Positions 50,910 through 64,000 of a stretch of 64,000 nucleotides of DNA are shown here, one piece after another. A model generated the notes under the pieces. That model was not told the DNA's origin, searched no databases, and saw only the letters and a list, made by a program, of their open reading frames with translations. Numbering within the stretch: position 1 is the first letter of the stretch; every line of letters begins with the position of its first letter. The DNA is from Psilocybe cubensis (lineage: Eukaryota), in NCBI GenBank assembly GCA_017499595.2, contig CM039000.1, positions 3,968,001-4,032,000 on the forward strand, read 5' to 3'. Position numbers and translations under genes: made by a program.

Positions 50910-53555
50910 CGCTATATAGTCGTGACCTGCGCGACCAAAGGAATGACTGACTGGAAAGGCGAATGAAAAGATGATTCAGAAAGGATGTTCACATCTATCT
51001 GACAGGCTTCTTTAAATCGTGTCGATGAGTAGCATATCTGGAAAGAAGTTGGAAGAGTAGGTTTAGCTGGGATCCGTCAACGGCCTGTCAAGTGTCTAGA
51101 TGGACTGCCAGATGGAGACCTACTAGTTACTGTCACGACGCAATGTTTTTTTGATAATGGAAGGCCTTCAAAGAAATAATAGCTGTTTAACTATACTGGA
51201 AGTAACTCAACACTGGGCGCCACATTTTCAAAGAGATTTACTTATGCTGGAAGAGAGGTATCGGTTTCTTGGAGTACTAACTCCTTCAAATAGCAGTTAA
51301 GCTTCGTAGGATCAATATCACATATCAGAAGATGGGAAACATATATTCCGCTTAGAGCTGTGCATCAAGTCACAGCACGAAGATTAGGAAGCATTCATAC
51401 CTACCGGTAACCTTTACTCAGATGGAGATCAGAATGTTCTCTTCTAGATCGTATGAGCCTAAGTTGAAATGAGTATCATTGATAAATCAGGCCATATGTT
51501 TCTTACTTTCTGATCATCTACACTACACCGATGAAATGATTGCCTACGACGAGTGGACGAGCAGAAACGACAATGTGAGCTTCATCTTCAGTTCGGAGGT
51601 ATTGAAAACTTTGATATATTACGGTTATTGAGCTTGAGTCAGGGCCATTGGTGTTGAATATTGACGCGCGGCTGGTAGATGGAGATAGCTTTTAGCGCGC
51701 ATGTTGATCTTTGATGCTTCCAAACATGTATACTCCTTTCTCTTTGTATTGATATACCTTCAGTCTATAGAATATCGTGGAGCAAGTGAACGAAGACGTT
51801 TCAAGCTATTGTAGAGATTGAATAGAAATATCCCAGGAACCGGAATCATTCCAGGTAGCATACCTTATTGTTCTTGTGTTTTCACCCTCCAATAACCTCC
51901 TGGGGAGAAATGGTAAGATGATACCGGGTATGGTGGCTAGCAAAGCTTAAATCTGAAGCATGACAGACCTTCAAGATTATTTTTAAGTAAGAATATGATA
52001 CGTTAATTCATGACATTTAGGTTACGTTTAATCGTATATCAGGATTTTAGCGCTGGTGTATGGTAGAGTATGATAGATGCTCGCCTACTCTCGCCTACAT
52101 ATGATACATCTCAGTTCAGTCTAGGGGACTGTTCAGAGACAACCGGAATTGTTCTTTTGATCTTGATTGGTGTAAATTTGCTTTAAGCTTGCCTTCGGGA
52201 ATGGCCCGCCTCCGATGGAAAGTTGTAATTTGAGGAGGCTCCAGTGGGAATACGGCGTGTGGTTTGGATCTGGAGAGTTACTTTCGCCAGGGACTCGGAA
52301 GATCACTGATCATATGATATTTTTCAAACCTTCTAATTGTAGGATCCGCAGTCGCTGCGCCTTACATGAGTATTGGCTGATGATTTATGCATCATGGCGT
52401 TGACGCCCCGCCCCCTGCTAATGAAAGGTTGCATCCCATTCCTGACCATCCAACATATAAGCAACTTTCGATTCATCAGTACTGCAGATCACTCGCAGAT
52501 GTTCAAATTAATCATCATAAAACATTGATCTGTCAGATGATATAGCGATGCAAGGAGTACTGAGAGAATTTCGCGAGAGTATGCTTTACCTCGTCAGAAC
52601 TTAAATGGGTATTACTGGTATGTAGTTAGCTTGTCATCTAACAACGCCAGCAACAAGGTTACAGAGCATAGTAGAGAAATATACAATCGTCAAGCACTTG
52701 CTTAACTCTTTGTAGATGCCAGTTATATATGCCCCCGCGCCGGTATGCCCGAATTAAACAGTAGGAGGTGTACACCAGTGTAAACCGTGTAATTGCCTCC
52801 TGGATGGGTTTCAGAAGTAGGGTATTCTCTCCGTTGGCATATATTGGATATATTGTATACATTTGCTGCGCTGTAAGTGTTTCTAATGGCTGGATGGCTC
52901 GTTGGTGCAACACTGTGGCGCGACTTGCTTTCAAGGGCAGTCCACCTGCAACTAAGCCATGCTATATTATTACCTGCAGCTATGTAAAACATGTGACCGA
53001 CGTACTGTGAGGCCCCTATTTGTAACATGCACAGTCAAGTAATGTTACCACTCCTGTATGTTTGCGTAAAGACCAATGGCGGTATTTCGTTATGTTAGGG
53101 GGATTTGGAACATTTATGGCAGTTCAGAAGAACGATTACACGCTAGTATCATCTCCTAGAATTGAAATTTAATGTTGAAATGAACATTCCGCCATACCCA
53201 CTGATTGCCGACACAACTTCCAGACTCTAGTAGGCGAGTAGGGGTTCTCCGTTAACCATGATGGTGATTCGTAGCATACGAAGCCCAGTAGTATCATAAG
53301 AATTAGAGAAAATTTCCTCAACTCAATATCATGGACAGCGCTGCTGGTATGCTAGAAGCTCATGCCGCCGTGGTTGTTGTTGATAGGCGGCTTTTGGAGA
53401 CCGCGTCAGAGTGGTACGACACGTTCTATTAATAGACACGCCGCATTGCCATGTTTATTTTTGGCACAGGGGCGTCTTGGTCAGCAGAGCTGGGAGGTTG
53501 AAATTGGAGTGGCTGGGAAAATGGGAATCCTCACGCTCTTTCCTTCTCAACCACC

Positions 53556-55042
53556 ATGTTTTCGAGTTCTCTGCTTTTCGCCGTTGCCCTTGCTGGCGTC
53601 CACTCTTTCTCTTTTGTCGCTGCTGCAGAGGACCCCGTAATTACACCCAAGCCCACCCCCACTCTTGCCAAGCGCCAACAGGCCGGGGCTCCAGGGACAC
53701 CTATTTTATCGACTCTTAGCTTCGCCTTTACAGACCTCCCTGAGCAAGTATACCCCTTCCCAGTTCTTCGTGGCCCCCAGTCTGGCTTCAACATTTGCAA
53801 CTCCACCACATTGGGCCCAAATTCGCTTTGCCAGACTTTGGTGTTCAACGATCCTGTACGTTTTTTCCAATGATGCATCCGTATCCACGTGGCAACTAAA
53901 CGAAAATTTCTTGGCGGGTTTCTTAACATAGACCGACTTCTGCTTGTGGGGTTCGCCAGACACTGCAGGAGAGATTGGCAATGTTGAGGCTCGCGTTGTT
54001 GCTTACTGCACTAAGCCTTACCACGGAACCCGTCTCATCCCCCCCGATGCCATCACTGGTCTCCAGGTGGGTTACTGTCATTGGCCAGCGCTGGCCGCCG
54101 TGTTTGACATATTTATTAATGTACTTTATGCAGTGGGTGAAAACGTCTGCCTACATTCAAGTCACTGGCTTCATCAAAAACTCTGGTCTCGGTCTCGACG
54201 ACAACCCCGGAAACGGTGGTGAACTTGACCCTCACGGTGCCGATTTGCAAGGCAACCCTCTCGGAGGTGTTGTTTTCTCTAATGGAACTGCTGATTCCGA
54301 TGGACACACTCTCACCCAAGTCCTGAACTGGAACAAGTAAGTCTTGTTTAACGTCTTCCGTGCTCGGTATTAATGCGCTTTTCTTCTGCGCAGCTTTGTC
54401 GGCAATGGTCAATTCTGCTTCAAAGCCTGCTTCAACTCCGTCAAGAGCCCCGACTACTGCGAGAACAGATACGATCTCGTTGGTTGCCAGTACAACATGC
54501 CATCTAACGTCAAGGATGGAGAGTTCACTGAGTGCGACAGTGACCTCCAGGACGTTGTCGGTACCTACACCGGCGCTGATGGAAAGAGTAAGCTGGCAAC
54601 CTTATTTATGGTTTATGATGGCAAAATCTAACTTGCTGCTTCTAGCCTCTGTCTGGTCGATGCCTGACCCTCTCACCACTACCCCACCATACACCCCACG
54701 AGTGCCTGCCTCGCGCAATTGCAAGACCTTCGCTGCTACTGACCTCTTCTTGCCCGTTACCCAGTCATCATCGTCTGGCGCTGTACGTTATACTTTTGCT
54801 TAATATTTAATTGTGCCTAACGAGTGTCTTAGGCTGGAACCACCCCCACTGGCCAATCAGGCTCTGGCTCTGGTTCTGGTGCTCCTGGTGCCACCAACAA
54901 GGCATCATCAGGGTCTGGCAGCTCAAGCGGTGCGCCACCAAAGAACAGCAGCCCTGCTGCCAGGGGTGTCTCTGTCGGTGTTCCCTCTGCCCTGTTCGCT
55001 ATGGTTCTCGCTGCTGCTGGCGGTGCTGCTATGGTGCTATAA
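53556..55042 (+). CDS. Secreted, probably GPI-anchored mannoprotein (MP88/macrophage-activating glycoprotein-like), multi-exon
   Basis: Signal peptide, RGPQSGFNICNSTT, DFCLWGSP, VAYCTKPYHGTRLIP, GGELDPHGADLQGNPLGG, Ser/Gly tail and hydrophobic C-terminus. Confidence 0.85.
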
Positions 55043-55552
55043 ATAGACTTCATTTGATGTCTGTTTAATATGCCATAACAGCTCGCGTTTTACGGGTTCA
55101 CGACAAAAGGGTTGCAAGGGGTGTAGTGCCCAGATTGATTGACTACGATACATTTTGTTTGAGACGCTCACAGGACTGTTATTTCTTTCTTTCATTATTT
55201 CCCTTGACTATTTTCTTTAATACGTACGCTTCTGATCATAGTCTGGATTTTTACGACGTCGGCTATGTAATTACGGTCGTTACATCAATCATTCGAGATA
55301 TTCACACTATGAAGTCTCGTAAATCCCATATTGTGGTGGTTTCGGAAATAGCCCTTGATGGCATCAAAGTATTTCAAAGCCAGTTTGTCACGAGGCTAGC
55401 ATATTTACACGGATCTTTTCGGACTATCAACAATTGAAAAAGCGACCTATCAGAGTCAGCCGCGAAGCGCGTTGACTTGCTTGCTTGCCCACAGTCCTCA
55501 CGAAGAGTTAAAGTGAACTAAAGTTTTCTGTCGAATATTCACCTACTTCCGG

Positions 55553-56474
55553 ATGCTCTACTCATGTTTCTTTTGCGACTCCAAGTTACCGCGAGAGAAA
55601 GTCAAACGGTGTTCTAGATGCCTGTAAGATCTGCCACATTACTCGTTGGAAAGGGAAGACATTGATTACTACCAGATTAGCTGTGTACTGCGTGCGTCTA
55701 TCACAGAGTTGATATACCGAGTCGTTCTCTGAAGCCTGATAACGCGATCTAGTCGAAGGAGTGTCAAGCTTCGTCCTGGAAAACCAGCCACAAACGCAGT
55801 TGTGTTATACATCCGTGTTTGGTTGCCAATCAGGATCAAAGTCAAGCGACGTCAGTTATCAACATGCCAAAGCCACACAGCCCTGAATGGCAGGAGGTTC
55901 AATTGGACAAGAAGCTTTCGCGGTGGTTACACGTTTGGAACACTTGTTTTCAGAGATTTGGCGTGTACGTTTTAGACCTCCCGAATAACCCGCCAGACAG
56001 GGTGATAACACACTGGTACGTGGCTTTAATCGTGCTTCACAAGCAAGATACTTAACCTATTCGAGTATGAAATTAACTATACAGCCCCGCCTTGATTATG
56101 AAAATGAGTCGCAGCAATATGAGGTATGAGCGAGAGTGTCTCTTCAGGTGGAGCACGCTGATTCCCTCATTGTACAGATCGTCGAAGCTTCGGTGGATCG
56201 TTTTGCTAATATTCAAGCTGCCTATCCCACCCTAGATCCACATATCGACCCAAATGATCTATCTCGTCTTCGATATGTCGTCCTTATGATGGATAGACAA
56301 GGAAGAATGCAAAGGGTCCGCCTTATGCAGTGGACTGTTATAGGTCTCGATATTATTCGGAATATAGATAAGAAAAAAAGCTCCGTCCTTACTGCGCCGA
56401 ACTCACCTTGGAATATTATGTTGATGCATTATGTTCGTGTGGGTAACCCTGGGGGCCTGGAAAATCTATTGTAA
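55553..56474 (+). CDS. MYND zinc-finger protein, multi-exon
   Basis: Spliced MLYSCFFCDSKLPREKVKRCSRCL|LAVYC|SKECQASSWKTSHKRSC (CxxC..CxxC..YC...CQ...W..H...C), continuing into ORFs 55819-56055 and 56136-56474. Confidence 0.8.
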
Positions 56475-56808
56475 CATCCAATCTGTACTGTGTATGGTCG
56501 ACAAATGTATTTGTAGTGACTCAACCTTTTTGAAAATGTACATTTATTATGGAGGACATTCGTAACGTTTATAAATACTGACAAGCGTCCGTGAAAAGCA
56601 ACTGATCTACGCACAGGGTTAATGGTGGGTCAACTACTTTGACGATAAGATGAGATCATCATCACATTCAGCCTTATCATCGAACTTCGTGCCAGAGCCA
56701 TCATTGTATGAATAAATTCCGAGTTCAATATCAAGTGTATACATACACTAAAAATCCAATAACAATAGGACACACGATTCAAAAATTGGTTGAAGACTCG
56801 GAAAAGTC

Positions 56809-59800
56809 TTAATTTTGTAACTGAACAGGCTCATCGAAGTGAACTGTGTTCGTCCGTGATCCCATCTCAACCCCACCACCACCACCTGCTCTACCGACGC
56901 TCATGGGCATTGGTGCTCGCACGAAGCCTACACCATGTATATGATACTGTTCACCCACAATTTCCTTGACTGCAATCATCAAACGGTCCAAGCGATTTAT
57001 TATACCGAAGGCGGTAGAAATTCCAACGGAAAACATCCTATATATTATGAATATTCAGTCTTGTATGAGAATTGGTGTTTAAACGTACAGGTATTGTTCG
57101 TCTTTGAGCGTCTCGATTGACAATGATCGCGGTAACCCATAGTCTTCTTCGGCGTCCTTATGAATGACGTCGAGGCCATGGTATTTGAGCAAGAATCTAT
57201 CGATAAGTGGACAAGGTGTGATTTGGGGAAGAGGATTTCCGGTACGCAGAGATGACGATATCATTGCTATTTGTAACCAAGAATATTTGTCAGAGACCCA
57301 ACCAAAAAGATAATCTGAAGAATGCATACAAATTACAGCAAGTACGTCTCCTTGGAACCCGGGGTCCATGAATCGCGTTCTCCTGAGGAATGCGCGAGAC
57401 CATGCAGGTTCAAGATGCTCCAAGACAGACATCAGGTGGGACAGACAATACGATATTCCTCTGAAAATGGGGCGTCAACTTAAAGTCATCTTCCAAGACG
57501 AAGAACGTACACTTGTAAATCGGCAATCTTTTGATACCTATCTGCAGGCCATCGACCTTTCAAAGAGAACTGGAGTCGAATGGAACCTTTGAATCAGTGC
57601 ACAAACGACGGATGCTCGAGTCGAGCTGACCTCGTAAACGACATTTCCTCTGAGTCCGGCTGACTTGGCGAGTTTATTACGCACTGCCAGTAAGCTTGAG
57701 ACAATCTCTTGGATTTCGGGTTCGTGCTTCGTGTTGGCAAACGATATGATCGCGCAGTAGATAGTACCGAGTTCTGAAGACGTAGTGGACAAAAGTCTAC
57801 GCTGGTATAACCTGATGGTGGTTGATGGAGGGAAGAATGATGCAACGCTTTTATGCAGACGGTCAGATTGGTTTCTGGGCTTCTAAAAAGCGGACATACA
57901 ACGCAGCAACGACACCCGCCGTTACGAGAGTAAATCGTTTCTGACAAGGAATGAATAACTGGCAACAAATATCATTTATCGAACGCACCCATGCCACTGG
58001 CCATCCAACTCCAGGAGACCCTGGCACGTTAATATGCTCGTCTTGATAGGAATATCCAATAACCTGTATTCAATTCAAAAATGAGTCACATTGAAGGAGA
58101 TACCCAACTACGCCTCATAGCAATAACTGAACGGACTCACCAAAATAATCGTCACAAAAAAGACGATATTGCGCATAGGGGGTATAGGCCAGTATATCCT
58201 TCCAAAGAAGAAGAATGGGAAAACCACAGCGCAGACTGCTGCCAGTCCATAAGGGTTCCCATTTCCACTACCGCAGGATATATACCTATACGACGCAACT
58301 GTTCAGTCAAGCAAAATATTAGGAATCACATATAGAACGTACCAAATGACCATGCCCACAATAGCGCCGAAGAAGGTGCTGATGATCCTCGCAGAGATAC
58401 CAAAGATAGTATCTCCTCGAAACCTTGCAATAGTCAACTGTCCCATGAATCTACGTATATTAATTGATCAACACAACATCATTGGGTGAGTGTTGAGAAT
58501 TGAATTTACATTCCCCAAACGAATCGATTATCTGCCCCAGTTTCGTGAACAAGGAATGCCAGATTATTGTTCGACGACACGGAACTCACCATACGCAAAG
58601 CCAGCGGAATTTTTAAAAAGACTGGGCAGGCTGAGGGCGACACTCAAGAGTCCGGCCTTGATTCCGAACAAGACACCGTCTGTGCCCAAAGCAGCAAATA
58701 ATTTATAGCTCAAGTACATGAGCGATTCTGCGAGGTTTCTCGGGGGTAGCGCGTCAGGGTCACGTCGTCTGGGAAGGCCTAAGTCCTGATCTGAATCTAG
58801 TGGAAATGCTGGGCCGGTGCATTTAGATGGTATGTCAGGATGAGGCGATGAATGAGCGTGGTGGTGTGGATGGGAAGGGTACGCATGACCCATTGGACGT
58901 GGTTGGGTTTGAGATTCTACCTTGGAAACATCGTGAATTTCGGGGTTGTTTCTGTTTATTCCTTGAATAATGTCTGTGAAATGGATGTTAAGCTGCAGTG
59001 AGCAAAGTTTCTGTGAGGTAATATAAAAGAATTCGATTACCAGGATCATCGTCTTCAGATAGATGCTCCACGGTGTTTGCAATATTCCAGGGCTTCCAGC
59101 TAAAAACTCGCTTCGCCGGCGTCCACAATGTGCACTCTGTTCGTTCTGCCTCTAATCGCAATATCTCATCGAGCTGATAGGTGATCAGCATGCATCATTT
59201 TTCAGGCAATGAGGAAAAGCTGGCGCACCATTTCGAGAACGATTGACGCAATCTGCAGTAGATTATATTGATACACGAAGCAGTTGAATAGATACCTATG
59301 CGCTGGTGTTTTGTGGCCTCCGTGATGGTGATGATGATGATCGCTCTCATGGTCCTTGTCCCTCTCCTTCTCATGATCTCCTTTAACAGGAGGACTTTCA
59401 TCGTAGGAACTGTAAGCGAAAATGTTCCCATTCCCTATGTCAGTGCTGTCTGAAGAGTCATGTTGGAGAGGAGAAGTGGGCAATGTTTCGCTATTGCGAT
59501 GCGAGTCGGATTGTTGGTGCTCGAAAGCTTTTCTATACGGTTCCAGCACTTTGTGTCTATGACAATTATATTTTGTTTGAGTTTAGATTATTGTGAAGCG
59601 AAACTAAACTTACCGATGAACTTGGCGAAATTCTTGTAACACCTTCTCGACCTCCCGTCTAATCTTTCTGATCTTCTCAATTCTTTCCTCCCTCCGCTTT
59701 TCGAAATCTTTTTGAGTTCCGGGCCTTTTATCATTAACACTGATACCCTCCTTTTCCACCTTCCCATTTTCTGTATGGCCTCTCCACGAATGAAGGAGCT

Positions 59801-61776
59801 GTTTAATCCTGGAGTCTCTCACAGTCGACAACCATTCCTTTACCATACTCAAGCCGGTTCCACACGATTCCAGGAGTGGCGTACAACTACCATTCTGTCA
59901 GAAGTTTTACGAAGACAATACGAAGAATTCTCGCACCTCTCCTTCAACAGCACTCCAATCTTTGCGTTCCATTCTTCTTCATTTGGATCCCAGAGCGTAG
60001 TGGCTTCCAGGTTCAGATACCGCTGACTTTCAAAAGTGCCCACAGCATGCTCTGGCCTCTTAGCTCTCGCCTTAGCAAGACTGAGTAACGATGAATGCAA
60101 CAAGGCGTGATGGTGATGAGTATGACTGTGTGAATGCGAGTGCGAATGCGAATGCGAATGTGAGTGGGCATGAAGATGAGAATGAGCAGATGCAGCATAA
60201 GAATGCGAGTGCTTGATAGTCGGTGAAACCAGAGCGTTAGACGAAGGCGAAGATATTGTTGGGTGGGTGTGAGATGATGGCAGCGGCTGGGATTTAATGC
60301 TCCTGCGCGACGTTGCGACAGGAGAAAGCGGTGCACCTAACGTGGTTAATCCATCATGGCTCGTCGTAACTTCCACAACGCCATCCCTATTGGTGTCTCT
60401 CTCCAAGGACGGCGCTCTGGTAGTCACTCGAGATAAACCAACGCGCGGCGTTCCAGGAACAGTAACAGGCGTTACCCCGCCTGTACCCGGGAACCTCTCT
60501 CTCGCTGGATCCACTAAAGAAAAGAAGACGCCCAGACCATCGGCGCGTCCGGCAAAGCGACGGAGCATTCCATGAAACGCTGTAAAGTCCGCAGGTGCGA
60601 ATCTGCCGTAGATAATATCGTTCGGAAGCAGCCTTCGCGCCGCGGCAAGCGGGACGAGCGATGCTTCCACTTTCTTTGTTTCGCCGCGCATGGCGGCCAG
60701 AAGCGGGGGAAATGTCGGCGAAGTCATTGGGGCGGCCTGTAACAGGGTGATGTGTGTGGATAGCATGGATATAGCAGGCGTTAGTGTATCTGATAAGAGC
60801 GTGGTAAATTGCGCTGAGATGGTGCATGGGAAGACGAGAACTGAAGCAAGGAGGGAGAGACCACTGTGAATGGCAAGAGGGACGACAATGGTTCGTCCGA
60901 TGAGGTAAAATGGGAAGGGAAAGAGCGCCCCTGTTGTTAAACATATATCTGGAGTAGAAACCAAATGAGTGATTTGTTTAATGGGGAGAAGGTGGACGTA
61001 CTTATACAGAGACATGCTAGAATGCAAGGGAAAACAAACGGCCCCGGGCCCTGCTTCGCTCTGAAGGCAAGGATTGTAGAGCATCCGATAAAGATAAATA
61101 CCCCGATAATAACAGACGGCCCAGCTTCGATATATTTTCCATCTGCAACATCGAAAATCGTGGCCGTTGGAACTTTAACAGTACGTGCAAGGTCTGCCAA
61201 AAAGAGTCCCAGGCATGACCACCTATCGTTGCAACAAAATGAGTGCCTTTGTACCTCTGAAGATATCGGACTTACGCCCATGTGAGGCACACAAAGACGA
61301 GAATGAGGATCTCGCGTTCGAGAACGGACAAAAATGGATCTGATGGTGGGGAGAGCACCACCCCTGATATGCAACGTTTCGATCATTTTGCATTGTACAA
61401 CAGAAAGCGTGAGCGTACCAATGAGAATAAGAAAGCTCGCTTGGCCAAGAACCAGCTCAACGGCTGGAATGACAAACAATACGAGGGACAACCATGCTAC
61501 GAGGGCACATCGGATCACAGGTTTGAGCTTGCTCCATGCCGTATTTTGGAAAACCCATGCAAGATGGGTTCTTAGGTATGTTGAGACGAATTTGATCCAG
61601 GGATGTAAAGGTTTTGTCGGCGGAAGATTGCTATTTGACGAGGAGGATGATGATGAAGATGATGTAGAATAGGGTCTATCGCTGTCGACAGGTTTTGGCT
61701 CGTTGTTGAACCCGGACTCCCTTTCGCGTCTTCCTCTAACTGGTTCGGCATTATCTGCCTTCGACGAGGCATCCAT
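56809..61776 (-). CDS. Large membrane protein, ArAE_2/BRE4/FUSC-like putative transporter, multi-exon
   Basis: WSKLKPVIRCALVAWLSLVLFVIP...LGQASFLILI, RRRDPDALPPRN, FGIKAGLLSVALSLP, GQLTIARFRGDTIFG, LRTGNPLPQITP, DRLMIAVKEIVGEQY. Confidence 0.82.
60110..60188 (-). repeat. His/Ser-coding hexanucleotide repeat within the transporter gene
   Basis: (tgcgaa)n on the + strand encodes HSHLHAHSHSHSHSHSHSHTHHHH on the - strand. Confidence 0.7.
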
Positions 61777-62092
61777 GAAGCCTAGCTGGCAAAAGATAAA
61801 GAGGGAAACGGAAGTCGAACATTTGTCGCATGACAAAAATAAAAGACTGACATCATGACAACCCTATGGGAGATGATTTTCAAATTCACGCTTTTTTTTT
61901 CACACAGCGTGACCTCTAATGTCACCGTGTGTCGCCGAGATTACAAAGGGATCCCGGTTAGGAATTAGGAGGACTACTTATGGCAACAGGAATTAGGTGA
62001 ATGTGAGGACTAAACAGATGCATTCCATAGTCAATATTTAGGTACATGTTGTTGATATACTATTTTAGCGTTGTCCGAATGGACATACAGTG

Positions 62093-63316
62093 TCACGTCT
62101 CGCCTGACTCTGCATTCTTTTCCAGGTCGGTTCTGAGCACGTTGCAATTACTTTGTGTACTTTGAACTGCTTCGGGGACTGTGGAGATCCCTTCAAAAAC
62201 AATCACTGTAGACTGATGTACTACTGCCTTGTTCGTGGAGCTTTGAAGGACAATCCTTGCAACCATACATGTAGGGGCGGCTCCCTATATAGGCAATTAG
62301 GCAAGTATAAAGGACCTCAGCTTGAAACATACGTTTAAAAAAGAGAAGATAAGGCCGGTGTAAGTCCGAGCGGCGCTCAGGCTGGAATTCTGGCTCTCAT
62401 CCAAAGGCAATACGCATGCAATGGCGGCAGCCAATGCGGATATGGAATAAAGAGCGGACGACTGAGTCAAAATATCTAAAATATGGTTGAGGCGCTCGGT
62501 TGTTCCTTTGAAGCTGTTCTGTTGGCGCATGACGGGCAAAATACGCATGATGATAAAGAGTGTTGATGTTACCGTGCAGGCAAATGTGGAAAACATGTCA
62601 AGGCCAATTAAGCTATCAAGCACCAGTGCTTGAGGTCGCGATGGCTCCAAACGCTCGACGCTTGCTGTTATAATCACAGCAAGATACACGCCTGGCATAC
62701 TAGTTTAACATACAAGCTTAAGCATGGTGTGCTACTCCCGCTTACCAGCTTCGACTGCAAGGAAGAAGAGGGGCAGGAGAATGACACGGATAGATTTATT
62801 CCACACATGATAGCATCTCCAAATCTAATGAAATTGGATTATCAATTAGCCTCACAATAAATTCTAGATGAAAAACATGAGAACCATACTCACCAATAAC
62901 GTGTCGGCGATAGAAGTCATTAAAAAAGAGCTAATATCAGCCAGTAGAGTGTCTGGACCATCAACCACATCAGAGCCAGATAAAAGCGCCTTTATGGATC
63001 TCTTCATGAAATATGTCGGTGGTAAGGCGTCGAAGATGTAGGACAGATACAGAGCAGTGATGAAGGAGACGATGGTTCTTTTATTGTTGACTGTCTTTTT
63101 GCCTATATCAGACGCCATGGAATTACAGCCAACAATGGTCATTAAACAACTATGTAACTTACAGTATAAGTACATCGTTCCAAAATAAATGGAAGTATAA
63201 ATCCCTGTTTGAAAGTGTAAGTGGTAATGCCTCGTATAAGCAAAAAAAAAACTAAAACCTGTCAGGATATTGCTTAATATCATTGTATCAATGTATGCCT
63301 CTAGGGCTGGGTCCAT
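62093..63316 (-). CDS. Basidiomycete multi-pass (about 7 TM) membrane protein, multi-exon
   Basis: GIYTSIYFGTMYLY, TSIADTLL|IWRCYHVW, ILDILTQSSALYSI, APTCMVARIVL. Confidence 0.78.
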
Positions 63317-64000
63317 ACTTCGACCTGCGATTGGGACTGATTGTCGAGAAGAATCATAGTGTGTAATGTGTTTGTTTTATTCCTTCAAAATGGGATTTAT
63401 AGTATCATGAGTTGCCGGGTATCCTGTTAGCAGTCACATCGCACATTCTAATCACAAAATCCTTGTACTCAATGCGCAACTTGGCTGTGTAGACATGAGA
63501 TATTTTAACTTCAGCACGCGGTGGATATTACATGTAAAGCACTGAACTTCACTGTCAACTTAGAGTATTTACCTTATACTTGCATCCTTGTACTAGATAA
63601 AAATATAATGAAGGCTGGCCACACGAGGCTCCGAAAATTGGAGTCAAAGGTGACACGCTCAATTGATCAACGGTTTACACGACAGCAGCAAAGGAAGTAA
63701 ATGAAATAAGATTTGATACACATGTGCCCCACCGGTATTTTAACAGAGCCTGACTGGCCATACATCTTCACTGCCTGATTGGTTCTTCATTCTTTTCAAC
63801 GTCCATTGCAATCACTTGCTCATTGACTGGTGAACTGTTGGTGAGTTCTGGCCTTGTCGACCCCGGTTGAAATACAATCGTTGAATGATGGACCATGTTG
63901 TCATTTGATTCGGTTGATAGGACGATTCGTGCAATCATGCAGGTGGGAGCGGCGCCCTACTCACGACTTGGTCAAACTGCGGTAACGACGAAAACATAAC

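Noticed and set aside
50950-53400. Long gene-free stretch, possibly a decayed membrane-protein gene
   Set aside because: No consistent exon chain or motif could be reconstructed by eye.

Overview
Eukaryotic, intron-rich fungal DNA; gene families and short GT-AG introns suggest an agaricomycete. About 24 protein-coding genes are supported: AP endonuclease Apn1, a membrane-anchored two-domain amidohydrolase, Iml2/TTC39, an amino-acid permease, an intronless F-box protein, tartrate/D-malate dehydrogenase, a TauD dioxygenase, a CsgA-like SDR, ARMC8/Vid28, a WSC protein, an MP88-like mannoprotein, a MYND finger protein, an ArAE_2/FUSC-like transporter and several basidiomycete membrane-protein families. 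The clearest unusual feature is a 1.52-kb poly(A)-tailed retro-insertion (14761-16281) with a 10-bp target-site duplication. It encodes only a LINE ORF1-like protein with no reverse transcriptase (HAL1-like) and disrupts one of two paralogous genes that look like catalytically dead retropepsin-fold proteins. Other candidates are a 10-Cys secreted peptide precursor and a compact permease/F-box/dehydrogenase/TauD/SDR block that may be a metabolic cluster. Exon boundaries and family names come from manual reading, without database searches.
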